Origin: Maribacter sp.
GTDB lineage: Bacteria; Bacteroidota; Bacteroidia; Flavobacteriales; Flavobacteriaceae
Assembly (NCBI GenBank): GCA_047650615.1
Contig: JBLHNI010000001.1
Span: 1 to 36,445, forward strand
Direction of reading: 5' to 3'
DNA: 36,445 nt
Part shown: in pieces, positions 20,239-28,997 of the stretch
How positions within the stretch are numbered: position 1 is the stretch's first letter
How the letters are laid out: the number at the start of each line of letters is the position of its first letter
Position numbers and translations under genes: made by a program
Notes under the pieces: generated by a model
What the model was told of the DNA's origin: nothing
Seen by the model: only the letters and a program-made list of their open reading frames with translations
The model's database searches: none

Positions 20239-21141
20239 TTAATTTTTAGCTTTTAACTTATTTTTAAAGTGAAAAACATAAGTTGCGTTAAAGCCAAAAT
20301 TTAGATTGGGATCTCGAAAATTGAAGTTGTTCCTAGTCTGAACGATAAAGGCATCCTCGACCATATGTACTGCATTTGTCAGCATAAATTGTAGCATAAT
20401 ATCACCGAGTTCCCAGTTGGCTCCAATAGCAAACGTATTAAAAGTATTGAAAGATTTGATTGGATTTACTGTACGATAATACTCGGAGACTACACTTACA
20501 TGAGCACCTACTTTATAACGGCCTCCTAAACCTATCGCAAAGAAGTTTTTAGGGTCATTGTCTTGCAATGCCAAGCTTTTGTTTATAAACGTTGGTGAAA
20601 TTTGTAAAGAGAAGTCTTTTGACACTTTCTTTGAAATTAAGAGCTGAGATGTAAACCCAGTTCTATCTGAAAAGTTATCTGCAATACTTTGATTTGCAAT
20701 AGCACTGTTATTATAACTCATATTTTGAAACAGTGTTATGGTAAATGGAAGACCATTTTTATCTGAACGGTTTAGAATTCGATATTTTAGATGGCCATCA
20801 AAAAGTCCATAAAAAGTTGTAGCTCCTACACCAAAAGTAAATCTATCCGTAATGCCATATTCAAGTGCTATACGGCTGCTCATTCTGTCCGCAGCAAAGC
20901 TCTGACTTCTTTCAATTGGCAGATTCCAAAACCTATTTGCTACAAAAAGTTCTAAGATTCCCTTACCCCGCACTTCAGTGGAATGCCCGATAGCAATACG
21001 GGTCATTTTAAATGTTGCTGGAGTAAACGAAACCTTATTCTGTTGTTCAGATTCTAAAATATCCAACAAATCTTGTGAAACCGCATGGTGCATACAGGTC
21101 AGCATTACTAATGCGAACATAAAAATTACTTTAGTCTTCAT
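20239..21141 (-). CDS. DUF5777-type outer-membrane beta-barrel protein, copy 2
   Basis: Signal peptide then QDLLDIL, ATFKMTRI, LFVANRF, QLLISKK, LQISPTF, LQFMLTNA, FGFN; paralog of 24205-25059. Start ATG 21141 preferred. Confidence 0.82.
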   Translation of the reverse strand: MKTKVIFMFALVMLTCMHHAVSQDLLDILESEQQNKVSFTPATFKMTRIAIGHSTEVRGKGILELFVANRFWNLPIERSQSFAADRMSSRIALEYGITDRFTFGVGATTFYGLFDGHLKYRILNRSDKNGLPFTITLFQNMSYNNSAIANQSIADNFSDRTGFTSQLLISKKVSKDFSLQISPTFINKSLALQDNDPKNFFAIGLGGRYKVGAHVSVVSEYYRTVNPIKSFNTFNTFAIGANWELGDIMLQFMLTNAVHMVEDAFIVQTRNNFNFRDPNLNFGFNATYVFHFKNKLKAKN

Positions 21142-21679
21142 AAGGCTGGTATTCAAATCTAAAATTAATTGAAATGCTTTTAGCTATATTTCCGGCAAGT
21201 AATGGCGGAATGTTAATATCATAGTTTTTTACCAAGGTTTCAAAATTACCCGTCACGGAATAGCCCTTTTGATCATTTATTATTTTTATTTTAATCTCCA
21301 AAGGTTGTGATATGCCATGCATCGTAAAAACTCCCTTTGTAATCCGCGTTTGTTCTCCCTTAGTATTGGAATCAAAACCAATGATTTCACCTTCATATTC
21401 AGCTTTCGGATAAATATCCGATTCTATATAACTTTCATTAAAGTGCTCTCTCATCAGCGCTTTTTCAAAAATGAATGCATTCATAAGCATACTGACTGCA
21501 ATTTTTCCTTGTTTTAAGTCAATAACACTTAGTACTTGATTATTTTCTGCTTTTATATCTTCCACAGAAGTATGAGAAAAAAAAGACACCGTGCCCTGTC
21601 TTGCTATTACTTTCTCAGTAGTATCTGTTTCTGAGTTGCCTAAAAGGGCGATAAAAAAAATAGCTAGTATTCTTAGCAT
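21131..21679 (-). CDS. YceI-like lipid/polyisoprenoid-binding protein, copy 2
   Basis: Signal peptide; F.FEKALMREHFNESYIESDIYPKA, FTMHG, YDINIP. Confidence 0.9.
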   Translation of the reverse strand: MLRILAIFFIALLGNSETDTTEKVIARQGTVSFFSHTSVEDIKAENNQVLSVIDLKQGKIAVSMLMNAFIFEKALMREHFNESYIESDIYPKAEYEGEIIGFDSNTKGEQTRITKGVFTMHGISQPLEIKIKIINDQKGYSVTGNFETLVKNYDINIPPLLAGNIAKSISINFRFEYQPYED

Positions 21680-21680
21680 T

Positions 21681-22097
21681 TTATTTGGTATTAACTACAA
21701 CACAATTCAACATAATAACATCTTTTAAAACACCCTTAAAAAGGCCTTTTATTACAATTGAATCGCCACTTTTAATAGCTTTCGTTGTATTTATTTGGTT
21801 GGTATTCATGTCACATATTACATATGTTTCATCGGTTATCTTACCCTTTAGAAAGATAGTATATCTATCATTAAGATAATTAACTTCATGTACAATACCA
21901 TTAACTTCAAGTACAATATCTTTTTCAGTTTCTTTATTTAACTGAGATTTACTTTCTAAAATTAACTGCTCAACCGTAAACAATTTAGTTGGCTTGACAT
22001 TGGTAAGATCTCCATTTATAATTGTATTACAACCATAAATACATACGATTATAATAGCAAAAACAAATGAATAAGAGAATCTGGTACTATTTTTCAT
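21681..22097 (-). CDS. OB-fold (tRNA_anti-like) putative lipoprotein
   Basis: Hydrophobic N-terminus ending IYGC; LEVNGIV, VICDM, GDSIVIKG.FKG, VIMLNC. Start ATG 22097 or TTG 22112. Confidence 0.75.
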   Translation of the reverse strand: MKNSTRFSYSFVFAIIIVCIYGCNTIINGDLTNVKPTKLFTVEQLILESKSQLNKETEKDIVLEVNGIVHEVNYLNDRYTIFLKGKITDETYVICDMNTNQINTTKAIKSGDSIVIKGLFKGVLKDVIMLNCVVVNTK

Positions 22098-22168
22098 ATT
22101 CTCATTTTTCAAACATATTCAAATCTAATGTTTATAAGGGACTTTTTGAAATCCTTAGATTGTGATTA

Positions 22169-22194
22169 TAATCCCTAAGAAAACCTAGGGATTA
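22169..22194. other. Intra-operon hairpin after the cupredoxin lipoprotein gene
   Basis: taatcccta-N8-tagggatta; no T-tract on the coding (minus) strand. Confidence 0.5.
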
Positions 22195-22222
22195 TTTCAC
22201 ATAAATGGTAAGATGGAACGAA

Positions 22223-23749
22223 TTAATCACTTATAATGAAAGTACCTGTCATACCGCCATGAAATTCACAATTATAAAAAAGTGTATCAGGGGCATCGGA
22301 TGGTACAGTAAAGTTTATAATTTCGTTAGATGTACCATTGTTCGTTACGCCATCGTTGAAAGCATTTCCCGCACCAGTTCCTTGAGTAGACTTTATAAAA
22401 AATGGATGCCCAGGTGTGTTAACAACAAATTGATACGTTTTACCTCGTCTTAAGTTCAAATTTGGATTTTCATCATTACTAAAACCTTTCCCAGTAAAAA
22501 CATAAGAGGTGGCACCATTGTTCGTCACATCAAAAGAAGAAGTCTCTGCAGCATCTACAATTCTAATTCTTCCCGTCATACTGCCATGAAACTCACAGTT
22601 GTAAAACAAAACGTCAGGAGCATCAGTTGGCACAGTGAAGGTTATTTTACCTGATGCTATACCATTATTGGTAACACCTTCATCAAACGCATTCGCCACG
22701 CCTGTACCTTGTGCCGATTTAATGATAAAAGGATGTCCAGGTGCATCTACTGTAAATTCATAAGTACTACCCCTTGTTAGTTCAAGTTCTGGATTTTCAA
22801 CACTTGTGAAACCAAATACATATGCGGAGGCTCCAACATTGGAAACAGTAAAGGTTTTATCAACGGTAGGTGTTACAACCTCCGGATTAGGAGCGACTTC
22901 TGTATTAAGGTTTAAAATGGGCCATATTCCCGCTACAGGGAAACCAACACCAAAATTATCTCCCCTATTTTCATCGCCACCAAATTTATAAAGTGGCCAC
23001 CCTTTATATGTTAATTGTGTTTGATCAAAAACAGTTGCAACTCCAAAATCATCTGTATTTAAAATACTGGGTACATTCTGCAATTCGGTATTAAAAATTG
23101 GCCAAACCTCGTTGTTGGAAAAATCAGGATTAGTGAAGTTGTTAGTTCCGTTTTCATCATTAACAAAATGATAAAGGGTATTACCTTCAGCATCGGTAAT
23201 ATAGAAGGTTTCTTCATCCCCTGCTTCAAAAGAACTATTTAAATTAGATTCAATTCCATCTGCATTTCTACCTACAAGCTGAGATCTTGCAATCATAATG
23301 GAATAGTCTGGTTTAGCAACAAACCAAACTCCACTGGCACCATCACCATTAATTTGACCAGCAGCGGTATCGTTAGAAAACAGATACAAAGGCCAACCCT
23401 TATATGTGGTTTGTTCAGTACCATCATTTCTAATAATCATACTAAAATCATTCGCCACTAAACCATTATCCAAGGTAAGTTCACTTGTGTTAAAAGCAGG
23501 CCAAGTTGTTGCGCAACCATCGTTGCAATTTGAGTTTCCTTTGCTGTCAGGAGCAAAAAAATACAATGTAAATCCTTCTGCATTGGTAAGTACACTGCCA
23601 AAAGTACTATCATCGGATAATTTTATTGAGTTCTCCACGACAACTATTGGATCATCAATTGCTTCTTCTGGGTCATATACAGAAACATCATCTGAGCTAC
23701 AACTAACGATAAACATAAAGAGCATTACTAAAGAAAAAACATTTTTCAT
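22223..23749 (-). CDS. Lipoprotein with COG4315/Lipoprotein_15 repeats and two C-terminal cupredoxin-like domains
   Basis: Lipobox IVSC-SSDD; G.TLY.F..D, CNDGCATTWP, Q.TYKGWPLY twice; two GHPF...LFYNCEFHG[S/G]MTG units (H...C-x2-H-x2-M type-1 Cu pattern). Confidence 0.88.
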   Translation of the reverse strand: MKNVFSLVMLFMFIVSCSSDDVSVYDPEEAIDDPIVVVENSIKLSDDSTFGSVLTNAEGFTLYFFAPDSKGNSNCNDGCATTWPAFNTSELTLDNGLVANDFSMIIRNDGTEQTTYKGWPLYLFSNDTAAGQINGDGASGVWFVAKPDYSIMIARSQLVGRNADGIESNLNSSFEAGDEETFYITDAEGNTLYHFVNDENGTNNFTNPDFSNNEVWPIFNTELQNVPSILNTDDFGVATVFDQTQLTYKGWPLYKFGGDENRGDNFGVGFPVAGIWPILNLNTEVAPNPEVVTPTVDKTFTVSNVGASAYVFGFTSVENPELELTRGSTYEFTVDAPGHPFIIKSAQGTGVANAFDEGVTNNGIASGKITFTVPTDAPDVLFYNCEFHGSMTGRIRIVDAAETSSFDVTNNGATSYVFTGKGFSNDENPNLNLRRGKTYQFVVNTPGHPFFIKSTQGTGAGNAFNDGVTNNGTSNEIINFTVPSDAPDTLFYNCEFHGGMTGTFIISD

Positions 23750-23784
23750 TTTACTATTATTTAAGATTTATTAATTTATGATGA

Positions 23785-23860
23785 CAAAGAAATCCTAGAA
23801 CATGGGTATTTAAATACAAAACCTATGTGAAAGGGAATATTGGACTTTAAAAGGGAATAT
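23785..23860 (-). promoter_or_regulatory. Promoter with direct-repeat operator (module 2)
   Basis: Plus-strand TGTGAAAGGGAATAT (23826-23840) and TTTAAAAGGGAATAT (23846-23860), 20-bp period; minus-strand TTTCTTTG -7-like element at 23785-23792. Confidence 0.75.
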
Positions 23861-23896
23861 ATTTTAATCTTTAAATGGATTTGGTTACTTTTTGTG

Positions 23897-23927
23897 TTTA
23901 AAGGCCTTCCATTAGAAGGCCTTTAAA
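23897..23927 (-). terminator. Hairpin/terminator separating modules 1 and 2
   Basis: tttaaaggccttc-catta-gaaggcctttaaa, 13-bp perfect stem 6 bp after the HMA gene stop. Confidence 0.75.
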
Positions 23928-23933
23928 ATCAAC

Positions 23934-24194
23934 TTAACATAAACACAATTTTGATTTAAGAAGGACATTATAATTTATTTGTTCTCCTTTTTCTGGATAT
24001 CCCATTTCTGTCAAAGCATTAAGGACATTCGAAAGCTCATTAGCTTTAAAGAAATTAAATACTACCAAGGATTCTTGAGGATATAGTCGAACATTAGAGA
24101 CGTCACTTATTTTTGATAATTTTGTTTGTATTTTATTTTTGCATAGCTCACAGAAGCTATTCTGAACTGGTATTCTTGCAATTTGATGTTTCAT
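23934..24194 (-). CDS. Heavy-metal-associated (HMA/CopZ-like) domain protein
   Basis: MKHQIARIPVQNSFCELCKNKIQTKL..., L.EMGYP, terminal CLC; start ATG 24194 avoids overlap with the upstream gene. Confidence 0.82.
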   Translation of the reverse strand: MKHQIARIPVQNSFCELCKNKIQTKLSKISDVSNVRLYPQESLVVFNFFKANELSNVLNALTEMGYPEKGEQINYNVLLKSKLCLC

Positions 24195-24204
24195 TTTTAT
24201 ACTA

Positions 24205-25059
24205 TTAATTAAAAACTCTAGAAAGATTAAAGCCAAAGAAAACATCTCCGCTGCCCCAATCACCTGTTCCTTGTCCTAAAAAACCATTAGTATTCATTGC
24301 TTGGGCATTTGTAAAATGCAACTGAAAAACATGACCTCCTGTTTCAATATCAATCCCTATAGAAAGTGGATTTTTAAAAGGTGAATTTGCTGCCCTATTC
24401 ATATGAAAACCATAGTCAAAATTAACCGAAAGTCGTTTAGTCAACTTATGTCTTCCTCCAAGTCCTACTACAAATTGGGAGTTCTGTTGTTCATCTATGG
24501 GAACTAAATTATCATGAAAAAAAGTAGGCATTAATTGTAGTGAAAAATTCTTATTGAATTTTTTAGAAATTAATAGCTGTGCTGTATATCCTAGCCTATT
24601 TTCAAACGTTAAGCCTCGTAGAAATTGCTCATCTAAAGCAGTATTAACAAGGATGTTATTTGAACTTACAATAGTGAACGGAAAACCACCGGTTTTTTCC
24701 CTTACCAATCTTAGTTTTAATGATGATTCATACATTTTTAGAAATGAGCTCCTAGAAACACCAATATTAATACCATCAGAAACACCGTATATAAAGTTCA
24801 ATCGGGTAACGGCTTGATCCAGGCCAAAAAAGTCTTGAATACCTGTTTTTACAGAACCAAACCTATGTGCAACTACAAAATATAATTCTCCGCTAGATAC
24901 CATTTTAGTAGATTCAAAGTTCACAATTTTTAAACCCTTGAATGCTGCGCTCTTAAAACTGTTGGAAGGTACTGAGTCAAATTCTGCAAGTAAATCTTCT
25001 TGAGCGTAAAATGGACTTATTATTAAAAACAGTAGGAGTATGGATAGTGTATTTTTCAT
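24205..25059 (-). CDS. DUF5777-type outer-membrane beta-barrel protein, copy 1
   Basis: AQEDLL, AFKGLKIVNFES, VAHRFG, FFGLD, QLLISKK, DIETGGHVFQLHFTNA, FFGFNLSRVF. Confidence 0.88.
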   Translation of the reverse strand: MKNTLSILLLFLIISPFYAQEDLLAEFDSVPSNSFKSAAFKGLKIVNFESTKMVSSGELYFVVAHRFGSVKTGIQDFFGLDQAVTRLNFIYGVSDGINIGVSRSSFLKMYESSLKLRLVREKTGGFPFTIVSSNNILVNTALDEQFLRGLTFENRLGYTAQLLISKKFNKNFSLQLMPTFFHDNLVPIDEQQNSQFVVGLGGRHKLTKRLSVNFDYGFHMNRAANSPFKNPLSIGIDIETGGHVFQLHFTNAQAMNTNGFLGQGTGDWGSGDVFFGFNLSRVFN

Positions 25060-25063
25060 TTAC

Positions 25064-25465
25064 TTAGTTTATAATGGCTGTTTGGTCTATTTTTACTACT
25101 GCTAGAAGTTCATCAAAGCCTACACATCTGCCTTTGATTTTCAGATTGTCTCCTATAATTATCTCTCTTTTTATGTCGTCTAAGAAATAGACTTGAACCT
25201 TGTTTTCTAATACTAAAGTATTGGCGCCTATCTCCGTTACTAACCCATTCGTCTCTATAACTTTATCTATATATTTAATTGTAGCATCGTTTGGATTATT
25301 TGCAAAATGGAATTGTAAATCGTCTGCGGGTACCGTAAAATCAGTAGTCTCTTTTGCTATTTCCCTATGTTCAGGATTAAAGACCGTATCATAAACGACA
25401 AAACCACATACAGCGATTAAAACACCTATGGCAAGTGCCATATACTTAATTCTTTTTTTATTCAT
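25064..25465 (-). CDS. OB-fold (tRNA_anti-like) membrane-anchored protein
   Basis: N-terminal TM; A..L...F..N...A..KYIDKVIETNG.V, IKGRCVGFDELL..VKIDQ. Confidence 0.82.
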   Translation of the reverse strand: MNKKRIKYMALAIGVLIAVCGFVVYDTVFNPEHREIAKETTDFTVPADDLQFHFANNPNDATIKYIDKVIETNGLVTEIGANTLVLENKVQVYFLDDIKREIIIGDNLKIKGRCVGFDELLAVVKIDQTAIIN

Positions 25466-26022
25466 GGTTTAAGATTAAAGTTGAGAGATATGATTACCTC
25501 TTTTGCAATTTTATTTTTTACGATTGATGGGATATCAATATCAAAGTCAGTGGGGGTGACAGAAAAGTCACCCTTCATGACAATGGCGCCATCCAGGTTT
25601 TGCAAGCTGACGTTTGTTTTAATCTCCTTTTCTTTTCCATGCAATTCTAATTTCCCATCAACCATAATTTCTATGGGGTCGTTAGATAAACTTGAAAGAT
25701 CAAAACCAATCAGCGTGCCTTTGAATATCGCTTTGGGGTATGTTTCAGATTCTATATAATTTTCATTAAAATGTTCTTCCATAAGGGAGTTTTTAAATCG
25801 AAACCCTATTACTAATGCCAAAGAAGCAAATTCACCAGTGTCCGAATTTAGCACTGCGGTTACGGATTTGTTAATAGCCTCTACGGGTTCAAAAAGTGCC
25901 TCGGAAGCCTCAAACTTTAAATAGCCTTCCTTGTCTATATATTTAGTTTGGCCACATAACGAAGTTGTAAATAGACCGGCCGAAACGACTACTACGATAA
26001 ATGGAATGATGTTAATTTTCAT
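25462..26022 (-). CDS. YceI-like lipid/polyisoprenoid-binding protein, copy 1
   Basis: Signal peptide; FRFKNSLMEEHFNENYIESETYPKA.F.G, LELHG, DFDIDIP. Confidence 0.9.
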   Translation of the reverse strand: MKINIIPFIVVVVSAGLFTTSLCGQTKYIDKEGYLKFEASEALFEPVEAINKSVTAVLNSDTGEFASLALVIGFRFKNSLMEEHFNENYIESETYPKAIFKGTLIGFDLSSLSNDPIEIMVDGKLELHGKEKEIKTNVSLQNLDGAIVMKGDFSVTPTDFDIDIPSIVKNKIAKEVIISLNFNLKP

Positions 26023-26053
26023 TTGTTTGATTTTTGATGGTTAGATATTTAGT

Positions 26054-26434
26054 TTAATTTTCAAGTAGATTGTTATCAATCCATTCCTGAATTTTATCAA
26101 TACTATTTTGCGGAAGTCTACCGGATGGAGGCATTGCACCTGCTGACCCATTTTGGCGTGACATTGCCGATAGAATACTGCTGGCCCTAGTGCTAACTTG
26201 TTGATACGTAACCAATGCAAATGGAGCTCCATTTCTTGGGGGGCTATTATGACAACCTACACAGCCATTTTGTATAATCGCCCTAACGGTGCTTTCATAG
26301 GTAACTCCAGAATTATTCGAATCATCGTTAATCTGTTCTTCTTCCGTTTCAATTAAGTCCGCCTCACTATCATTGGTACAGTTCCAAATAGAAAAAACCA
26401 AGAGTAATAGCATTAGTATTTTTGTTGCTTTCAT
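26054..26434 (-). CDS. Monoheme cytochrome c lipoprotein
   Basis: Lipobox IWNC followed by acidic linker; CVGCH heme motif; AMPP candidate axial Met; I.KI.EWI C-terminal helix. Confidence 0.87.
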   Translation of the reverse strand: MKATKILMLLLLVFSIWNCTNDSEADLIETEEEQINDDSNNSGVTYESTVRAIIQNGCVGCHNSPPRNGAPFALVTYQQVSTRASSILSAMSRQNGSAGAMPPSGRLPQNSIDKIQEWIDNNLLEN

Positions 26435-26472
26435 TTTATTTGTATTTTGAGATATTAGTTTTATTGACAGTA

Positions 26473-26548
26473 CAAAGCAAGTAATATCTAGGGCTAGAGA
26501 CTGTGCTAATCTTTGTGAAAGGGAATTTTCGGCTCTGATAGGGAATTA
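26473..26548 (-). promoter_or_regulatory. Promoter with direct-repeat operator (module 1)
   Basis: Plus-strand TGTGAAAGGGAATTT (26514-26528) and TCTGATAGGGAATTA (26534-26548), 20-bp period; minus-strand TTGCTTTG at 26473-26480, same 41-bp offset as in the module-2 promoter. Confidence 0.75.
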
Positions 26549-26651
26549 TAATAGTTGAAATTTTCTGTTGTTTTTATATTTGTCATTCTAACATCTCTTT
26601 CACAGGACATCTAACTTTAAAGATTACTATTTTAGCACCTAAATAATTGCC

Positions 26652-27761
26652 ATGCGAAAAGACCGTTTATATCTATTAACCTTTTTGGGAATTACAGTTA
26701 TATTTTTAATTATATCTAGTGTAGCAGTACGCTACTTTGTTCAGTTTAGTGTAGACAAAGTTTTAGAGACTCATTTAGAATTTAGTAAGAGGGAAGCCCG
26801 GGAAGTGGCATTACTACTTGGGGCACATCTTGAAAGTGGTATTTTAAAAGATACAGTGAGCGCATCCTTTCAAAATAGTATTGAGAATTCCAATAAATCT
26901 ACGGGCTTTGTAAGTATGTTTAATTGGTCTGGTAAAATTGTTTGTCATCCAGATATTAAAATGGTTGGTCAAAATATAAGTCCTGACGAGTCTTTTGTCT
27001 CGTCTGTAGGGGATGATTTAACTTCAAAAGATTTTTATAGTTTGTTACAGCGTAAAGAAGAAGTTGGCGGGATTCGGGATTTTGAAGATACCAATCAAGA
27101 ATCTGAAGTAGTTTATCTGTATCCTGTACAAAATTCTGACTGGATTATTGCGGCTCACGTTAATACGCAACTGGTAATTACACAGATAAATGATTTAAAG
27201 GGAAAATTTCATACCATCCTTATTATTATGGGACTAGTTATGATTGTAACCTCTGTGGTTACGGTTAGGCTTATTGGCAGTATGTATGAAAATAAATTAG
27301 AAGAAAAGAATATAAAGCTCTCTAATGAAGTGGTTAATCTAGTAAAGTTAAATAATGCAGTAAACGAATACCAACAAAAAGTTGTTGTGCAATCAACAGC
27401 GTTTAGTGAAGATGATAACGCAGCTAAAACACGTATACTTACATATCATAGAAACGAGCTGAGACCAGTTCCTACCGGGGAAATTGCATACATATATACG
27501 GAAAGTACAATTACCTATGTTGTTTGTATAGACGCTAAACGCTCAACTTCTAATTTGAGTTTAGATGAGCTTATTTCCAATCTTGATGGGAATCATTTTT
27601 TCAGGGCAAACAGACAGTTCATTATTGCTATATCTGCGATTGAAAAAATAGTTAAATATGGAAATAATCAGCTCAAAATCCTGATTAACCCTAATTCTGA
27701 ACTTGATATTATAATAAGTAAGAATAGAGCTGCAGAATTCAAACAATGGTTAAATATTTAA
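26652..27761 (+). CDS. Membrane-anchored one-component regulator: 2 TM, Cache-like sensor, LytTR DNA-binding domain
   Basis: TM1, G.IVCHPD...VGQ Cache-like segment, WIIAAH, TM2, then IAYIY.E, SLDEL..LD..FFRANRQFII, IISK.RA.EFKQWL. TATATTTG -7 element at 26575-26582. Confidence 0.9.
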   Translation: MRKDRLYLLTFLGITVIFLIISSVAVRYFVQFSVDKVLETHLEFSKREAREVALLLGAHLESGILKDTVSASFQNSIENSNKSTGFVSMFNWSGKIVCHPDIKMVGQNISPDESFVSSVGDDLTSKDFYSLLQRKEEVGGIRDFEDTNQESEVVYLYPVQNSDWIIAAHVNTQLVITQINDLKGKFHTILIIMGLVMIVTSVVTVRLIGSMYENKLEEKNIKLSNEVVNLVKLNNAVNEYQQKVVVQSTAFSEDDNAAKTRILTYHRNELRPVPTGEIAYIYTESTITYVVCIDAKRSTSNLSLDELISNLDGNHFFRANRQFIIAISAIEKIVKYGNNQLKILINPNSELDIIISKNRAAEFKQWLNI

Positions 27762-27944
27762 AACTTGTGATTACCTACCATTCTAGATTATCCCTTTATA
27801 CTGGAGCTATTTCTTCTAGTAATGCTATTTAGGGCAAGAATCAAAATGTAACGTAGCAATTAATGGTTAGTTGAAGGTTTTGTAGATTCAACTTCGCTTA
27901 GGAAGAATGTAGATGACCTGTGTATTTCGAAAATTAATTAAAAG

Positions 27945-28016
27945 TGATCTCGGCAAGAATCGAACTTGCATCTAAAGTTTAGGAAACTTCTATTCTATCC
28001 GTTGAACTACGAGACC
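27945..28016 (-). tRNA. tRNA-Arg (anticodon CCT)
   Basis: GGTCTCG acceptor, GTTCAACGGATAGAAT D-arm, GAAGT-TTCCTAA-ACTTT anticodon arm, GCAAG-TTCGATT-CTTGC T-arm; CCA not encoded. Confidence 0.96.
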
Positions 28017-28027
28017 AAATAAGGGCG

Positions 28028-28059
28028 CAAAAATAGAATTTTTTATCAATCTACCCAAA
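28028..28059 (-). promoter_or_regulatory. Primary-sigma promoter of the tRNA
   Basis: TTTG-N20-TATTTTTG, exact Bacteroidota -33/-7 consensus, 11 bp upstream of the tRNA. Confidence 0.75.
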
Positions 28060-28074
28060 AAAACAGGAGGGCTA

Positions 28075-28797
28075 TTAATTGCCTGTGGGTCTCCTGCTCC
28101 AAATCTCGTACATGGGTGCTCCTTTGCTGTTTTTACCGGTGTGGTGCCAATCGTCTCCTTTAATTTCATAGTTGAATTCCAAACGAGCGCCTACTCGAGT
28201 ATTGTCTTTTGAAAAGTACTCAATGTTTTCGGTGTAAATACCGTCTATGGACGTGTATTTTCCACCTCCAGTACCTTTAAACTGAAGTCCATTGGTGTCG
28301 TAAGCAATCCATTGAAAACGACCATCTTGTAGGTATTTCAAAGTTTTTCTGGTATTGGCCTCTCCACGGCGTTCCTGTCCTTCGTCCGGTCCTCTTGTGG
28401 CAAAAAGCCAAGTACCGTCTAAGTCTTGTTCCGGTTTTTTTGATGCTGTCAATTTTAACTTTTCAAACCAGTTTAGGTGCAGTGTATCGCCTTCTATACG
28501 GGTAGGGATATGTAACTGCCGAATGGAATCTCGCTCGTAGTCCGAATTAAATTCTAGTAAAACGACTAACTGTTCTCCAACTGCGGTTTTTTCTATTAGC
28601 ACAAAACCACCGAGGGTTCTTATAAATTCTGGCGGACTCGTTTTGTAAGCGGAATAGATGAAATAATCGTCGCTGACTTTGATTTCGTGTCTAATATTTT
28701 TAGTATCGGTAATGTACACTCCTGGCTGTATTTGAGCATTTATAGGAGTCAACCCACCTAAAAAGGTACAGCAAATAAGGTAAAATAGTAGTTTCAT
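28075..28797 (-). CDS. Secreted hypothetical protein (two beta-rich domains)
   Basis: Signal peptide MKLL...INAQ; LDGTW, RKTLK.L.DGRFQWIAY, GTGGG.Y, YTENIEYFSKD, WHH.G, E.W. Confidence 0.85.
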   Translation of the reverse strand: MKLLFYLICCTFLGGLTPINAQIQPGVYITDTKNIRHEIKVSDDYFIYSAYKTSPPEFIRTLGGFVLIEKTAVGEQLVVLLEFNSDYERDSIRQLHIPTRIEGDTLHLNWFEKLKLTASKKPEQDLDGTWLFATRGPDEGQERRGEANTRKTLKYLQDGRFQWIAYDTNGLQFKGTGGGKYTSIDGIYTENIEYFSKDNTRVGARLEFNYEIKGDDWHHTGKNSKGAPMYEIWSRRPTGN

Positions 28798-28997
28798 AGG
28801 GTAATTGGGTGTCATTTAAACCTAAATATAGGAAATGAATACGCTAAAAATCAAGCTGTTGAATTGTAATTTATCTATCCAACGTTAATTTGGGATATTT
28901 TTTTTTTGAAAATGTTGTTTTTCCAATTTTTTGTATTTGATTTGTATTATCAAATCGGAACATAACGATTTGCTTTTTTTGGCATTAGCTGAACATC

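Noticed and set aside
20100-27945. Genomic island integrated at the tRNA-Arg 3' end
   Set aside because: The region looks AT-rich and abuts the tRNA, but I found no integrase and no duplicated tRNA 3' end at the far side; GC not computed.
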